In this document: positions 51,553 through 64,000 of the stretch, piece after piece
How positions within the stretch are numbered: the first letter of the stretch is position 1
Layout: the number at the start of each line of letters is the position of its first letter
NCBI GenBank assembly: GCA_029717555.1
Contig: JAMDHS010000035.1
Location: 62,001-126,000, forward strand
From: Peribolospora baueri
Taxonomy: Eukaryota
Direction of reading: 5' to 3'
Length of the DNA stretch: 64,000 nucleotides
Made by a program: the position numbers and the translations under genes
Notes under the pieces: model-generated
Told to the model about the DNA's origin: nothing
Databases searched by the model: none
Seen by the model: the letters and a program-made list of their open reading frames with translations, nothing else

Positions 51553-53353
51553 TCAGACGACCGTCGACGACCGGCCGTCGTCCCGATCGTGCGCGTTTGC
51601 ATCCCCGTTCAACGGCGAGGCGTTGTTGTCGTTGGAGTTGGAGTTGTCGGAGCCGGAGTTGGCCGCCACGGGTTTCTCTTTCGAAAGCTGTATGGGAAGG
51701 GCAAAAAAAAAATAGTGGGTCAATGAGTGAGCGCCCCGGCTTCGCTCGCTCGCTCCCGATGCTCACCATCACCCACACCCCCGAACCCAAAATGACAGCG
51801 CTTCCAAAGACGCTCAAAAGCTCTGGGAGCTTGTGGAGGAAGACAAACTGGAAGACAGTGGAGAAGATGATCTGGAGATAGACCATCATTGATCCTCGGC
51901 CTGCTTTTTCGCGTTGGAGACTGCCGGGGCCAAACCAAAACGTGAGCCGTCGGTCAACGTCGCCCCTCCCCCCGCACCGCCCACTCACCCAAGTGTCAAA
52001 AGGCACTGCGCCAGGAAGCCAAACACGCCGACGCACGCCAACAACACACCCCACTTCCACTCCGTCGGCACGACAAACTCAATGTCGAACCAGACCATTC
52101 CTATCACACACACGAACACGCTATATAGCGAGAAGTAGGCGATAGAGTGCAGCGCTGACGCTTGCTTTCCGATCGCGCGGATCGAGATGTAGGCTAGCGA
52201 GCCGCCGAGGACGCCTATCAGGGCGATTCTGTGGTCGGAAAGAAGGATGGGTCATCAGGCAGACCAGACCAGGCCAGGTCGCTCGCCCACGACAATCGAC
52301 CCACCCGACAGCAACGAGCCTCTCCTTCTCTGTCACGCCCTCCACCATCCTCCTCACCAACGCCGCTACGTCCCCCGCCTCGTCGTTCTCGGGCCCGGGC
52401 ACCGGCAAGACGGCACCTTGGCGGCCGCCGCCGTCTGCGGACCATTCGTCGCCAAACAACGCCTTGGGCCGAGCGATGAGGACGACGCCAAAGAGGCTCA
52501 ACACGCCCGCCAGCGCTTCTTTGGCCGTGAAAGACTCGCGCAAGGTGAACGGAAGCGAAGCCAGTAGGCCGGTGAGCAGCGGCCCGAGGAAGGTGAGCAC
52601 GGTGGCGTCGGAGAGCGAGAGGTAGCCTAGAGAGTAGTAAACTGCACAATGGCCGGCGAGGCGCGCGCGGACGCCGAAGAGAATGAGTGAGCGTCGCCGT
52701 CGTTGTCCACCGCCACCGCCACCGCCACCGCCACCGCAACTCACTCCCAAACAGTCCAAAAAAGCCAGAGACGCCACGGCAGGCCAGTAGACTCCTGACG
52801 CCTGCAGGACCGAGGATGGGATCCGGCGTGCCTGACCACAACATCCAACCGATCGCGCCCACGTACGTGAACAGCTGGCGGATGAAGATGATCTCCAGCG
52901 CCGGCACGGGCCGCACCGTGGCAGTGTTGAGGAGCTTGACGAAGACTGACCGGGGCCCGACACGAGTTCAGCACGCACATTCCAGCGCGTTGCTACTCCT
53001 TCCACGACACGAAACGGCCACCACTCACGGTTCATCAAGCTGAAGAACAGCTGGCCGCCGGCAATGTACCACAGACCCTGGTTCCTCTGCCAAAACGTCT
53101 TCGGGCCCTGTTGCGCCGACGACGCACCGCCGGCCTGGCCTCCCGCTTCCAGCTTATTCAGGTCCTGGCCGTCGGTGACCACCAGTCTCGTCGCGCTTGA
53201 CGTCGAAGAGAGAGGACGCTCCGACGTGCGACGGATGCCGAGACGGTGAAAAAGCCCGGCGAGGCGAGTCCGAGGACGTTGGTGGAGAGGCGTGCCAAGT
53301 TCGTCGCCGTCTTCTTCTTCTTCGCGAGCCCGATGCCAGGTGAGCGACGGTGG

Positions 53354-53384
<31 letters not shown>

Positions 53385-53755
53385 GACGCGTCCTCCTCCG
53401 TGTAGCTCGAATTCGACGTCCTCCCGCACCGCCGCTGGCCGCCGCCGCCGTCTTCTTTGGCAAGGAAACTGGTCGTCTCGTCGGCCTCGGAAGCGGCGAT
53501 ACTGTCGTGATGCGCATGTCCCAGCGATCCCCGAGCGGCAAAGGTGGGAGAGTCGACAGAGTACCTAGAAAACGGGCCCGGCTGAGACGGCGAATGGAGG
53601 CCGACGGTACGGCGGGAAGGTGACGGCGACGAGAGAGGCGAGTCGGCCTCGTCGACGGCCATGCTTACCGACTGGGGGGGCTGATGGCGGTGCGACGGGC
53701 TCGAGCCAAAGACCGACGCCACGGAGCCCGGTCTTGACGCGGTGGGAGAGGCCAT
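51553..53755 (-). CDS. EamA/DMT-family transporter with a long hydrophilic N-terminus; about 6 exons
   Basis: NQGLWYIAGGQLFFSLMN, LEIIFIRQ, LLACRGVSGFFGLF, YYSLGYLSLSDATVLTFLGP, SLFGVVLIARP, YISIRAIGK, GFLAQCLLTLG|LQREKAGRG, SVFGSAVIL. Confidence 0.9.
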
Positions 53756-55033
53756 GGCGGGCGCTGAAGAGGGAAGAGGCTGGGGTACGTCTTTTTTCTG
53801 GTAACACAAGATGTCAGGCGGCCGCCTGGTCTATCGTCGAGCGAGCGAAATGTCCTCGAGCATGCAAGATCGTATACGGGTCCGGATCCGTGACTCGAAC
53901 GCAGAGCGAGTGCGATTTTCGTTTTCTAAGAAAAGGAGAAAAAGGGATAAATAAGGCGAAAAGTCTAGGGAGGGGTTCGTGGCCGTGGCCGTGGTCGTGG
54001 GGGTCGTCGTTGTGGTCGTCCTCGTTCGTCGTCGCAGCCAGCAAGTTGCGTGCGACGCATCAAGATTTGATCGATCTTGCTTGCACGCTGATCATCATGC
54101 CAATCTCCTCCACATCTCCACGTTCCCGCCCGCCCCTAACGGCGTCTTTTTTTTTTTTTTCTTCTGCGATCATCGATTATACGCCCGTAACCGGTGGGTA
54201 CATGACATGACTCGGTCGGGCCGCGGCGTCCAAAGTTGTCCTAATGAGACCAAAGAGTTCTGCTCACAGAGACGCTCACCCTAGCGCCCCCACAAGTCGT
54301 CTTAATCCTCCGGCCGGCCCTGCAGATCTGTCGCCGACGATCTCGCGTGCCTTTCTACCATCCCTTCCACAACGTCTCGCCCGGCCCCTGGCCTCCTTTA
54401 TCGTCCCCAGCTGTTCGCTCCCCAGACCTCCCTCGGCCATGACCGAACTCGAGCGGGAGACCGACGACAACTCGCCCCGTCCGTCCGTCCGACTCCGGCT
54501 CCTGCGCCATGACATCGAGGAGCGTCGGGCGGACGTGCGGCGGCCCGTGCGCGCTGCCCTGCGCTGCCCTGCCCTGCCACCTCGTCGCTCGCGGAGGGAG
54601 GGAGGGAGGTGGCGGCGCGCACGAGCGTCGGAGAGCGAGCGAAGCGAACGGCGGGCCGCTCGTCCTCGCACGAGTCCTCTCCTTCCATCACCCACCCCAT
54701 CGTCAGTGGGTCTGTCTGTCTGTCTGTCTGTCTGTATTTATGTAGTGCGTATGTCTGTCTGGCTTGGCGGCGAGGCATGTCTAGATGTGATCGATGGAGC
54801 CGGGCCAGAGAGCCCAGTGCGTTCACGGTTCCCCCAGCCCAGCGCTGGCGGAAGGGTGGAACGGTGGGAGCGATGCGTGACGTCCGTCTTCGATTTCGTG
54901 ACGGCGATACTAGTAGCGGTGAGCGGTTACATGATAGCAGAGCAGAGCAGAACAGCGCAGAGCAGAGCACCTCGCGGTAGATGGATGGACGACGAGAGGG
55001 AGGATGGACGAAAAAGACCAGCGAGGAAGGATG

Positions 55034-57334
55034 TCACCGCTCGCTCGCCGAGATCCCGTCGTCGATGCCCCGGGCGCCCATCCCGCCAACCCCCTCGCCG
55101 CCGCTGCCGCGCCGCCCCTCGCCCTGACCGACTTGCCATTGCCAAAAGCCGGCGATGACGAGGAGGGCGAGCGAGGCAAGGCAGAGGAGAAGGAAGAGGG
55201 CGACGCACGTCGCTCGGACGATCCTCCGCGTCGCGGCGCGCCTGCTCCGTCGATCCTCGCCATCTCCTCGTCTCCTCTTCTTTTTTCTCCTCCTCCGGAG
55301 CTCCTCGCTCCGCGCCCCGCCGGAACGGCCTCGGCCCACGGCTTGGGGACCGGCCAAGGCGGCCTCGAGCGCGTCTGAGACGGCGAACGAATCCCTCGCC
55401 CTCGGCCCGGCCGCCGCCCCCGCGCGCCTCCTCTCAGCCCTGTCATCCTCCTCCTCCTTGGCCGCCGCCGCCGTCACTTTCCTACCCCTCCTCCTCCTCC
55501 CCTTGCCAGACACCACCCTGCTGCGGGCGCAAGGCCACCACGACGCGCAGGCCGGGCAGCAGCACCACATCCACATCCACCTCCAGATCCACTCGCCCCT
55601 CTCCCTCTCCCACCGCCGTCCCCTCAACAGCGCCCGCCGCTCCTCGCGGTGCCTGCTGAACGCCTCGTGCGCGGACGGAGGGAGGAGGGAGGCCTCGAAG
55701 GCGAACGCGCGGTACCCGTAGGGATCTTCCGGGTCCGGCGGCTCCCCCTCCGTGTTGGAACTCCTGGAGTCGCGGCCGGGCGGGGCAAAGGTGGAGTCTT
55801 CCGAGAAGGTCGAGTCCGAAGCGGAGGTGGAGACGGAGGTGGCCGAGGCCGAGATGATCGAACAAGCGTCGTCGTCGTCGTCGTAGTCACCCTGCTCCAC
55901 GTCATGAGCTCGCTCATGCTGCCCTCTCGCAGAGGCGAACGTATTATAATTGGCCTGCCCACGACGACGCTCGGTCGGACGAGGTGGGCCGGCGGAAGAC
56001 GACGGAGGCGCGGCAGATTCGGATGTAGACGAAGAACAACCGCCGCCGCCGCCGCCATCGCCGCCGCCAAGGGAATGGGTCGCAGTCTTCGGCACGCGAT
56101 TCGCGCTCAAATGAGAATGCAAAGTCTCTACCTGCTTCGCGCCCCCAGCCCGATCGCCATCTCCGCCGAGCGCGCTGGTCAAGAAGGCCCAAAGGCCCCA
56201 CGGCCCGCCGCTGCCGCTGCCGCTGCCGTCGCCATCACCGCCGTCGCGCACGCCATGCCCGCCATGGGAGGAGGGATGGGGGAAGGGGAAGGAGGTGTAC
56301 GTCTTGGAAGACGGACGCGGGTACGCAGCCGAACTTTGCCGTCGGGCCCGGGCCGTATTGAGCGCGTGTGCGTCATCGGCAGCGCCTTGCATACCGCCGT
56401 CTCCGTCTCCTTCGCCGTCGTCCCCTAGGACGTGCGGCGTCGTCGTTGAAGCGGAGCGCTCAACCGAGAAAGCGGCGTCCGACCCTTCGTCGTCCCGGCC
56501 CGTGCGGGATCGGGATTCAGGGACGGAGGGCGGCGTAGGCCTCGAGCGCGAGGCGCTGGCGCTGGTGGAGGGAACGGAAGGGACATCGGAAATGGCCCTC
56601 TCCCTCTCCCTCTCCCTCCCCTGCCGCTGCTTCCCCTTCCCTTTCCCCTTTCCCTTGTCCGACGCGGCGTCCCGTCCAGATCCTGGAGCCCCGCTCGCCG
56701 CTCCACCGGCCCCCGCGCCCTCGCCCTCCGTCCCGGTCGCCTTCTTCCTCTGCGAGCCGGCAGGAAAACGTACGGGCGCGGGGCCAAGGCCGTATTTGCC
56801 TACGCTGACACTATGCAAGCTGCGCATGCTTCGGATGCCGCCGCCTGGGCCCGAGACCGCTCGTTCGGACGGTCCTTCCTGTCCCCTCCCCTTCCCTTTC
56901 CCCTTGGACGAGGTCGGAGTCGGACTGGCGTCCGCTCCCACGCCGCTGGCCTTTCCGCTACTGGCGTCCGAAGCTGCCTTTGTCCTCGCGCGAGGGGAGG
57001 AAGCGCGGGAAGAAGTGTAGAAGGTGGGGAAGGGGATCAGCGTGGACGACGCTCCTCCTCCTCCTCCTCCTCCTCCCCCTCCGCCGCCGTCGCCGCTGGC
57101 GGTAGTGGCAGCTCGAGCGGGAGAAACGGAAGCGGATCGGGGCTGGTGACCGTTGGCGGGAGGGGCAGGGGCGGGTGAAGAGGCCGGGGGGTGGTTCGTA
57201 GAAGGGGTCGTCAGGCGGCGCTCACCGGGGTTGGAGACGGGGGCTCGACCGCGCGGCTCCGTCGGCGCTGCTGAGGACGCGGGCGAGGACGTCGCTGGCG
57301 TCTCGGCGGTGGAGGAGCGGAAGAAGAGGGACAT
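55034..57334 (-). CDS. Hypothetical low-complexity protein with a Cys cluster and a single C-terminal TM helix
   Basis: 766-codon ORF with ATG start. Contains WMWMWCCCPAC and the TM segment ATCVALFLLLCLASLALLVIAGFW. An alternative spliced 3' exon could end at 54823. Confidence 0.6.
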   Translation of the reverse strand: MSLFFRSSTAETPATSSPASSAAPTEPRGRAPVSNPGERRLTTPSTNHPPASSPAPAPPANGHQPRSASVSPARAATTASGDGGGGGGGGGGGGASSTLIPFPTFYTSSRASSPRARTKAASDASSGKASGVGADASPTPTSSKGKGKGRGQEGPSERAVSGPGGGIRSMRSLHSVSVGKYGLGPAPVRFPAGSQRKKATGTEGEGAGAGGAASGAPGSGRDAASDKGKGKGKGKQRQGRERERERAISDVPSVPSTSASASRSRPTPPSVPESRSRTGRDDEGSDAAFSVERSASTTTPHVLGDDGEGDGDGGMQGAADDAHALNTARARRQSSAAYPRPSSKTYTSFPFPHPSSHGGHGVRDGGDGDGSGSGSGGPWGLWAFLTSALGGDGDRAGGAKQVETLHSHLSANRVPKTATHSLGGGDGGGGGGCSSSTSESAAPPSSSAGPPRPTERRRGQANYNTFASARGQHERAHDVEQGDYDDDDDACSIISASATSVSTSASDSTFSEDSTFAPPGRDSRSSNTEGEPPDPEDPYGYRAFAFEASLLPPSAHEAFSRHREERRALLRGRRWERERGEWIWRWMWMWCCCPACASWWPCARSRVVSGKGRRRRGRKVTAAAAKEEEDDRAERRRAGAAAGPRARDSFAVSDALEAALAGPQAVGRGRSGGARSEELRRRRKKKRRRGDGEDRRSRRAATRRIVRATCVALFLLLCLASLALLVIAGFWQWQVGQGEGRRGSGGEGVGGMGARGIDDGISASER

Positions 57335-59020
57335 GGCCCTTTCTCAAACATGGGAGGAGGCCCCTCGTCCAGTGTCGAGTCTGCGTCAGTGGAGAAGGAG
57401 CAGCAGGAGGGCGGCGAAGGGACGAGGGGGAGATGAAGGGGTTGGGCGAGGATGGGCTGCGATGGGGGACTGCTGACCCCAACGCCGAGCCGTGGACCTC
57501 CAGATTGCGGCCGATCGCCGACGAGCCGAACAGCCGAACAGCCGAAGAGCTGGGGCCGCTGAGTATCTCGCACTTCATCGCATCCTCACGCCCCAGATTC
57601 TGGTCGCACCGAGTTCTGAAGAACACTCCGCGGGCGCTGCATGGTTGGCGTGACAGCGGCGAACGGGTCGTCAGCGACTCGGCTCGGCTCGGCCCCTGCC
57701 GTCTGCCGTCCCGTGTGCGGCCAGGCGCAGCGCAGGCGGGGCCCACGTCGGAAGCGGGCGAGCGGTGCGTGGATGGTGGTGGTGAGTAGGTGATGGACGG
57801 ATGGATGGACGTCGAGGTGCGGACGGCGCGGCGCATCGTGGAAGACGTACGTAGTTAGGTGTTGCGTCGACCGTCGCCGTCGCCGTCGTCCAGCCCCGGG
57901 GCGCACGGCGGGCGCGAATTGAGTCTGTTTCCGCGGCGCCCTGTCCCTGTCCGTCCAGCCTGGCCCTGGTCCTGACGGATGGCAATATATTAATATTCAT
58001 TTTCGGGCGCCCGGTGGCAAAAAAGCGGTTTCGGGTGGCCAGCCAGGTACGGCGGTGGGAAGCAAGCAGCTCGGCCGTCGGTATATATCCATCCACCCAC
58101 CTCACCCACCCGTCCATCCTTCCGCCAGTCGTGCGCTCTCCGCCGCCTCGCCTCGCCTTGCTTGGCCGTGGCGGGGTGGAGTGCTGTAGTGTGCGTCTCG
58201 GGCGATGGCGACGTGGACTCGATCAGTCCGACTGGATTGACTGGATTTGCGAATTGGGGTCGTCTTCAAGGCAAGGCGGAGTGGAGTCGGTCGCGCTCGA
58301 CGGGGCCCTTCCTCGATCGGCCTGCTGGTCCTCGCTTGTCCTCATATCGTCCCGGACCTCGTCCTCGTCCTCGTCCTCATCCTTGTCCTTGTCCCCGTCC
58401 CCGTCCTGTTCCTTGGTCAGCGCGCAGGTACGCCAGCGTGACTTAATTTGCGACCGGCCGGCGCTGCGCCCTCCCCACGCACGCCGCTGCTCCCGCTAAT
58501 GTCGTGGGGTGGATGAAAGCGCATGGCTCACATCGATGAGAAGCGAGTAAAAGGGAGGGATGATGGAATGCGACGGATGAGAGGGGACGGATGAGAAGAA
58601 GAGTCGAATGAGCGGGGGTCGTCGTCGTCGAAGGGACGAAGGGACGATGGGCGGCACCGCATCTTCTTCATCTTCATCTGCACATCATTTCAAATGCTGC
58701 TCGTTATCGCCGCCCAAGCCGCCCATCATCGTCGTCGTCGTCGTCGTCTAAGTCGTCGTCGCCATTGTCGTCAAGAGGTAACCATGTAGTGTCTCTAACC
58801 ACGACTCCCTCCTTCCACCCGCTCGCACCGCCGTCGACGATAAGAACAATAACAACCAGCGGCGGCACACAAACAGACCGAACACCTCTCGAACCCCTTC
58901 CCTCCCTCGGCCCTCCTCTTCCTGCTCTCTCTCTTTCCTCCCCTAGTCTCGCTCCCTCTTTTTTCCCCTCGTCCCCTCTTCCCCTCCACGTCTTCGCACC
59001 TCCATCCCCTGCCCATCCCC

Positions 59021-62000
59021 ATGTCTCCCCTCGCAGCCACCTCCAACAGTGGCAGCGGCGATGCGCCCGCCGGAGGACCGTTCCGCCGAAGAGGGTTCGC
59101 TTCCTCCTCCTCCCCTTCCTCGGCGTCGTCATCAGGATCAGCACCAGCACCAGCATCAGTACCTGTACCAGCACTAGCATCAGCATCAGCACCACCAGCA
59201 GCACCACCACCGCCGCCGTCGACAAGCCCCTCCGACCCCGAACCCTCCCTCCCGCCTCTCTACATCGGCCTTGACCTCTCCGTCGAACACCTCCGCGTGA
59301 CCGTCATCGACGACCGCTGCACCGTGGTGTACGCCGACGGCATCGTCTTCGACGACGAGGCCGAGCTGGGCGGAATTTGGAAGTGAGTCGTGCAGGCCCA
59401 GAAGCGACTGGTCCTACGCGCAGAAAATTACATGGCGTTCGCTGATGACGACGACGACGACGACGTCGTTGATGACGTTACGCTACGCAACGTCTTCTCT
59501 CTCTCAGAACCCGCTCCGGCGTTTACACCTATCCCTCGCCCCTCGACGCCGTTCTCACGCCCGTCGAGATGCTCGTAAAGGCGCTCGACATGCTCCTCGA
59601 CAAGATGGCCAGGGCCGGTTTCAATTTCGCAAGGGTCGCTGCCGTCGGCGTCAGCGGCATGGTGAGTACTCCTCTTCGTCCTTCCCGGAGACAACCGACG
59701 CTCATCGATATATATCTCCCCTTCCCTCTCTCTCCCGCCCAGCCTCACACCCCCGTCTTCCTCACCGCGCACTTCCCATCCCTTCTCGCTTCTCTCTCCC
59801 CCTCCCTCCCTCTCCATGCCCAGCTCTGCGCCCTCCCTCCTTCTGGCCCCGCTGCGCCAGGAGGAGCGACGCCTGCGTCTCCGCACTCCGCTACCACGCA
59901 GCAACCCCCACGTACGGCATCAACACGACACGCCCACCGCAGACCGGCTGCGTCCGCGTCTGCGTTTGCACTCGCCCTCTCGCCCACCTCACAAGATCTA
60001 TCCACGCTCGCCCAGCTGACCATCCTCGAGGACGCGTGGTGTCGACCGCCGCCTCCTTCTTCCTCCTCTCCTCCTTCCTCTCACGCGGACGAGGGCAGCG
60101 ACGCCGGCGACCACCCCCAGCAGGCCGACCTCCGAGCCCGCGCCCCAGAGGCCATGGCCCGCCAGCTGGGCTGCAGGCCCACCTTTGCCTCCGCCGCCAC
60201 GCAGGTCTTGAAGATGCGCATGGGCCTCGCCGTCGGCGAAGGCGGGTCGACGGGGGGAGCTGGGAACGGATCTGGGAACGGAAATGGAACTGCAGCTACG
60301 GCTGCAGCTGTCGGCGTCGAGGATGATATGGTCCGATACCAGGACATGCTCCGACATCAGGGGCAGTACCAGCGGCGACGGCGGCGCGGAGAGGCCGGCA
60401 GCGAAGCCGATACCGAAGCGAATGCGTGGGATAGGACGGAGCGGATCGTGTCGGCTGGACAGCTGTTGGCGAGCTTGTTCGCCGGCGATGTCGTCGGGTG
60501 AGCTCTTCTTCTTCTTTTTTTCCGCTCTTCTTCCCCTTCCTCTCGTTCCGCCGGCCAGCCAAGTCAGAGCGGCCCCGCGTCCTTGCTCGGAGGGGAGAGG
60601 GAGCGCGGGTCGGCTTCTCGGTACGTCGCTCACCTTGCTCGTCCCTTCGTCTGCTTTTTACCCCGTCTCGTCCCGACAGCCTCGACCCCTCAGAAGCGGC
60701 GACGACGGCTATGTGGAACCCCCGAGCGCGAGCGTGGGACGCTCACATGCTCGACCTCGTCTCTGGCGGCCAGACGGAACGGCTGCGGAGCATGCTCGGC
60801 GGCGACGACGGCGTCGTCGGGTGCGGCGCCGCTGGCTCTGGCTCCGACTCGCGCTCCAGGCACGGGAACAAGGAGAGGAGCAGGGTGGGCGCGACGTGGA
60901 GGGTGGGCGCATGGGCGAGGGCGAGGTATGGCTTTCGGAAGGGTGAGTCGACGGTGACCATGCTGCCGCGCCGGATCGATGTGGACGACAGACGGCTCAC
61001 TCGTCGTCCTCCCACAGACACCCTCGTCATGCCTTCGCTCCCCTCCCCGCTCTCTTCCTACCTCTCCTTCCTCCCCTCCCACACCGACGCCGTGCTCAGC
61101 ATGCGCCTCACCGACCACCTCATCCTCCCCCTCCGCCATCACTACCTCACCAACGCCGCCTGGGCCGTCGTCCCCCACCCCGCACAGACGCTCACGTGGG
61201 CCGAAGAGGCGCCCGACGGGGACGGGGAGACGCAGCGGACGACGACGACGACGACGACGAGTTGGATCGCCGTCGCGAGCTGGAAGAACGCGGCCGTGAG
61301 CAGGGCGTTCACGAGGGACGTGTACTGCAACGGGTGCGTGTGCGTCTGTCGGGCGAGAATGACGTGCCCAGCTGATCAGCGGCCTCTCTCTCTCCCCCCC
61401 TTCGTTTCCGTCTTTCCTCCGTAAGGACTTGGTCCGCGTTCCAGCAGGTCGTGAGCGCCGTGCCGCCAGGAGGTTCGGTCGGGTGAGTGGGAGAAGCAAG
61501 GGGAGGTCCCGCCTCTCCGTACGTGCGCCGGATGCGGACCGTCGATGACGCGGGCTGACGGACCGACGCCTTCCGTTTGCGTTTGCGCCCCGGGGGATCG
61601 TCGCAGGCTCGACAACCCGCTCATCTCGTTCGTGTGGCCGCTGCTCGAGCAGCACCCGCTCGGTTATACCAAGGGCATCTTCAAGTTTGAGCTCGGCTGT
61701 CGGATTCACGAGTTTTCTGACCTGCGCGCCAATCCGAGGAGCGTGATCGAGAGTCAGAGCTTGAGCATGCGCGTGCGAGCGGCCAAGGTGGCGGGGGCGG
61801 TCCGCGAGGCGGAGGAAAAGGAGGAGGGGGAGGAGGAGGTGGTGGTGGTGCATGTCGAGGGCGACCGGGAAGCAGAGCGAGAGGCGTACGCGGTGAGAAG
61901 CGAGAGGGAGCAGGCGAGGGCGAGGGCGGAGCGGTGGATGTCGGACGGTGCGACGACGACGACGAAGACCAAGACCAAGGCAGGCACACCTTGGAGAGGC

Positions 62001-63431
62001 GGCGTCGGCGGCAGCCTAGGTTTCGACCCTCACGACGCCTCCCTTCTCCCGCGCCGCATTTACGCCGTCGGAAAGGCAGCGAGCAATCCGATGATCGCAG
62101 AGATCGTCAGCACAGTCCTCGGCGCGCCGCTCGTGGTAGATCAGAACACGCTCTACTACTCGTCGTCACCCGCAGCCTCGTCTGCCTCTTCCGGCCTCTC
62201 CGGAGGCGCCGCCGCCGCTCCAGGAGTGTCCGGTCTCGTGGCCTCGGCCACGTCCACGTTCAGCGACGGGTCTGCGTCCGCGTCCGCGTCGTCGCCCGGA
62301 GCGCCCGCGAACAGCAGTCCGACGCAGGAGAGGAGGAACCTGCTCGGCGTCGGCGGAGCCCGGCCCGCTAATTCCTCCGGCCTTGGCCTTGGCCTCAACC
62401 TCGGCTTCGGCTTCGGTCCAGCGGCGAGTACGTCCAGCACTGCCGCCGATGCGGACCTTTCCGGAACAGGCAAGGGGCCCCTCAGAAGCGCCTATGCGCA
62501 AGCGAGCCGCGCCGCGCTGGGCGTCGCGTACCGCGCCTTGTGGTGGCACACGACCCACGAGGACGGGGCGGGGGCGGGGCTGCAGAAGGCGGTTGATGGC
62601 AAGGTCGCGGGCGTGGTGCTCCCGTCATTCGAGGACGTGATCCGTGCGAGGTTCGCTCGCAGGGCCGCGCTCGACCTCGACGTCGACGTCGACCCCGAGG
62701 CGGACATCGCTCCCACCGGGCTCGGCATCCGCAGCCATGGCTTCGGCGGTCTAGCACACGGGCACGCGCACGGCGCACACGTCCAGTCCCATCACGGTCA
62801 CGGACACACGCACGCGCACGCGGGAGGCGCCGCCACGAGCCCGAGCTTGACGGTCGTGTCGGAGAGGGATGAGGACGACGGGTCGCCGCAGCGGAGCCAT
62901 CTTCTGCCTCCTCACGGGGTACAAGAGCACGCCTTGCCGTTTGCCTCGTCGCCCGGTGGTGGTAGCCCCGCCGGGCTGGGTCTGACGGGCGTCGGGGCCG
63001 TTCCCGGTGGTACCGATACCGGTGCCCGTTCCGCGCGAGGCTACGGCTACGGCTATGGCTACGGCTACTGCTGGGGCTCGCCTTCGGACCGGCTTCGGAG
63101 CCGGACAGAGTCGAGCGCGATGACGGCGCCGGGGAGCGACTTGACTGACGTGAGCGGCTTGGGCGGCGACTCGTTGTCGGCCGACACCGAACACACCGCC
63201 GAGTCCGTCCTGGGCGCCGGCGGTGGCTCGGCGGTCGTGGCGGGCACGTCGGCGTGGGCGGCCAAGCGCGCCGCGATGCTGGAGGAGGCGCGGGCGAGGG
63301 AGATTGAGGAGGAGAGGCGGCGCGGGCTCGTGCGCGTCGCCGAGCCGGACGGGGACGCGAGCAGGAACTATGGGGGGATGGTGGAGGAGTTTGTGAGGTT
63401 GGAGGGCTTGGTCTTGAGGGGGTTTGTGTGA
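59021..63431 (+). CDS. Xylulokinase-like FGGY/actin-fold protein, highly diverged with large insertions; about 7 exons
   Basis: LYIGLDLSVEHLRVTVID, TPVEMLVKALDMLL, AAVGVSGM|PHTPVF, ERIVSAGQLLASLF, ANPRSVIESQSLSMR and PRRIYAVGKAASNPMIAEIVSTVLGAP occur in xylulokinase order. Confidence 0.75.
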
Positions 63432-63773
63432 TGCCTACCGCCTGCCACGGCGGGCCAAGGTGAAGAAGAAGGGTCGCTTCGATGGCCTTTTTGCGTTTCT
63501 TTCGTCTGATCTCATTCATTTTTGGTCGTTCCTGCTTCGGCTGGCTGGAGGTTACTCGTCTCAGACGTCATGTCTCGTCTCGTCTCGTCTTGTCATGTCA
63601 TATCACGTCTCGTCTCGCTGCCGACGTCCATTCCATCACCCCTAGATACCGATACATACCAAATCATCCCAATATGACGCCACGTGTGACTCCAGGTTCT
63701 CATTTGTCCCGTTGCTGTCACGCTCATTCGTCTCCACGCTGTCGGCCGTCCGTCGCCTCACACGGCTCCTTCT

Positions 63774-63866
63774 TTCGTCCTTCGTCCTTCGTCCTTCGTC
63801 CTTCGTCCTTCGTCCTTCGTCCTTCGTCCTTCGTCCTTCCTTCCTTCCTTCCTTCCTTCCTTCGTC
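63774..63866. repeat. Compound microsatellite (TTCGTCC)9(TTCC)6
   Basis: Directly visible perfect tandem array. Confidence 0.95.
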
Positions 63867-64000
63867 TGCGCTCGTGCGGAAGTGTCATCCCAAGGTCTGC
63901 GCGTGTGGGCACGCCGCCTTTAGGAGTGATGACGGAGGGGAGGACAGAGTATATACAAGTACCGCGCGGACGGACGAGTGTGGAGGTCGAATCCAAGTCA

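Noticed and set aside
53820..54820. 304-aa and other ORFs upstream of the EamA gene
   Set aside because: They are Arg/Pro-rich translations of GC-rich intergenic and microsatellite DNA, with no coherent exon structure.
38075..63431. GH28, sugar porter and xylulokinase-like genes as a pentose/pectin utilisation cluster
   Set aside because: They are spread over 25 kb with unrelated genes in between, and the kinase looks catalytically degenerate.

Overview
GC-rich, intron-containing fungal genomic DNA. It is almost certainly a basidiomycete, because it carries the Basidiomycota-type spermidine synthase/saccharopine dehydrogenase fusion. About 19 protein-coding genes can be rebuilt by joining exons at GT-AG introns: a Zn-dependent alcohol dehydrogenase, epsin, SPE3-LYS9, adenosine kinase, an MFS-like protein with a ~1,200 aa N-terminal extension, TAF11, PRP46, TFIIS, an intronless PB1-PB1...SHD1-UBA-like protein, a Zn2Cys6 factor, a Pho80-family cyclin, a GH28 pectinase, a Pom34-like membrane protein, a bZIP factor, TIM13 (not recovered as a single ORF), a sugar porter, an EamA/DMT transporter, an orphan membrane protein and a degenerate xylulokinase-like protein. 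The top finding is in the bZIP gene: a 98-nt non-spliceosomal, Ire1-type intron (44571-44668) flanked by two 7-nt-loop hairpins. Removing it joins the bZIP to a separate acidic ORF, which marks the gene as the HAC1/Hxl1/Cib1/XBP1-type UPR regulator; UPRE-like motifs lie upstream. Other candidates are a possible new selective-autophagy/ubiquitin adaptor architecture, a probable FGGY pseudokinase, and a cluster of CACGTG boxes upstream of the Pho80-like cyclin. No rRNA, tRNA, CRISPR array or transposon was recognised. All gene models are manual and unverified by transcripts.
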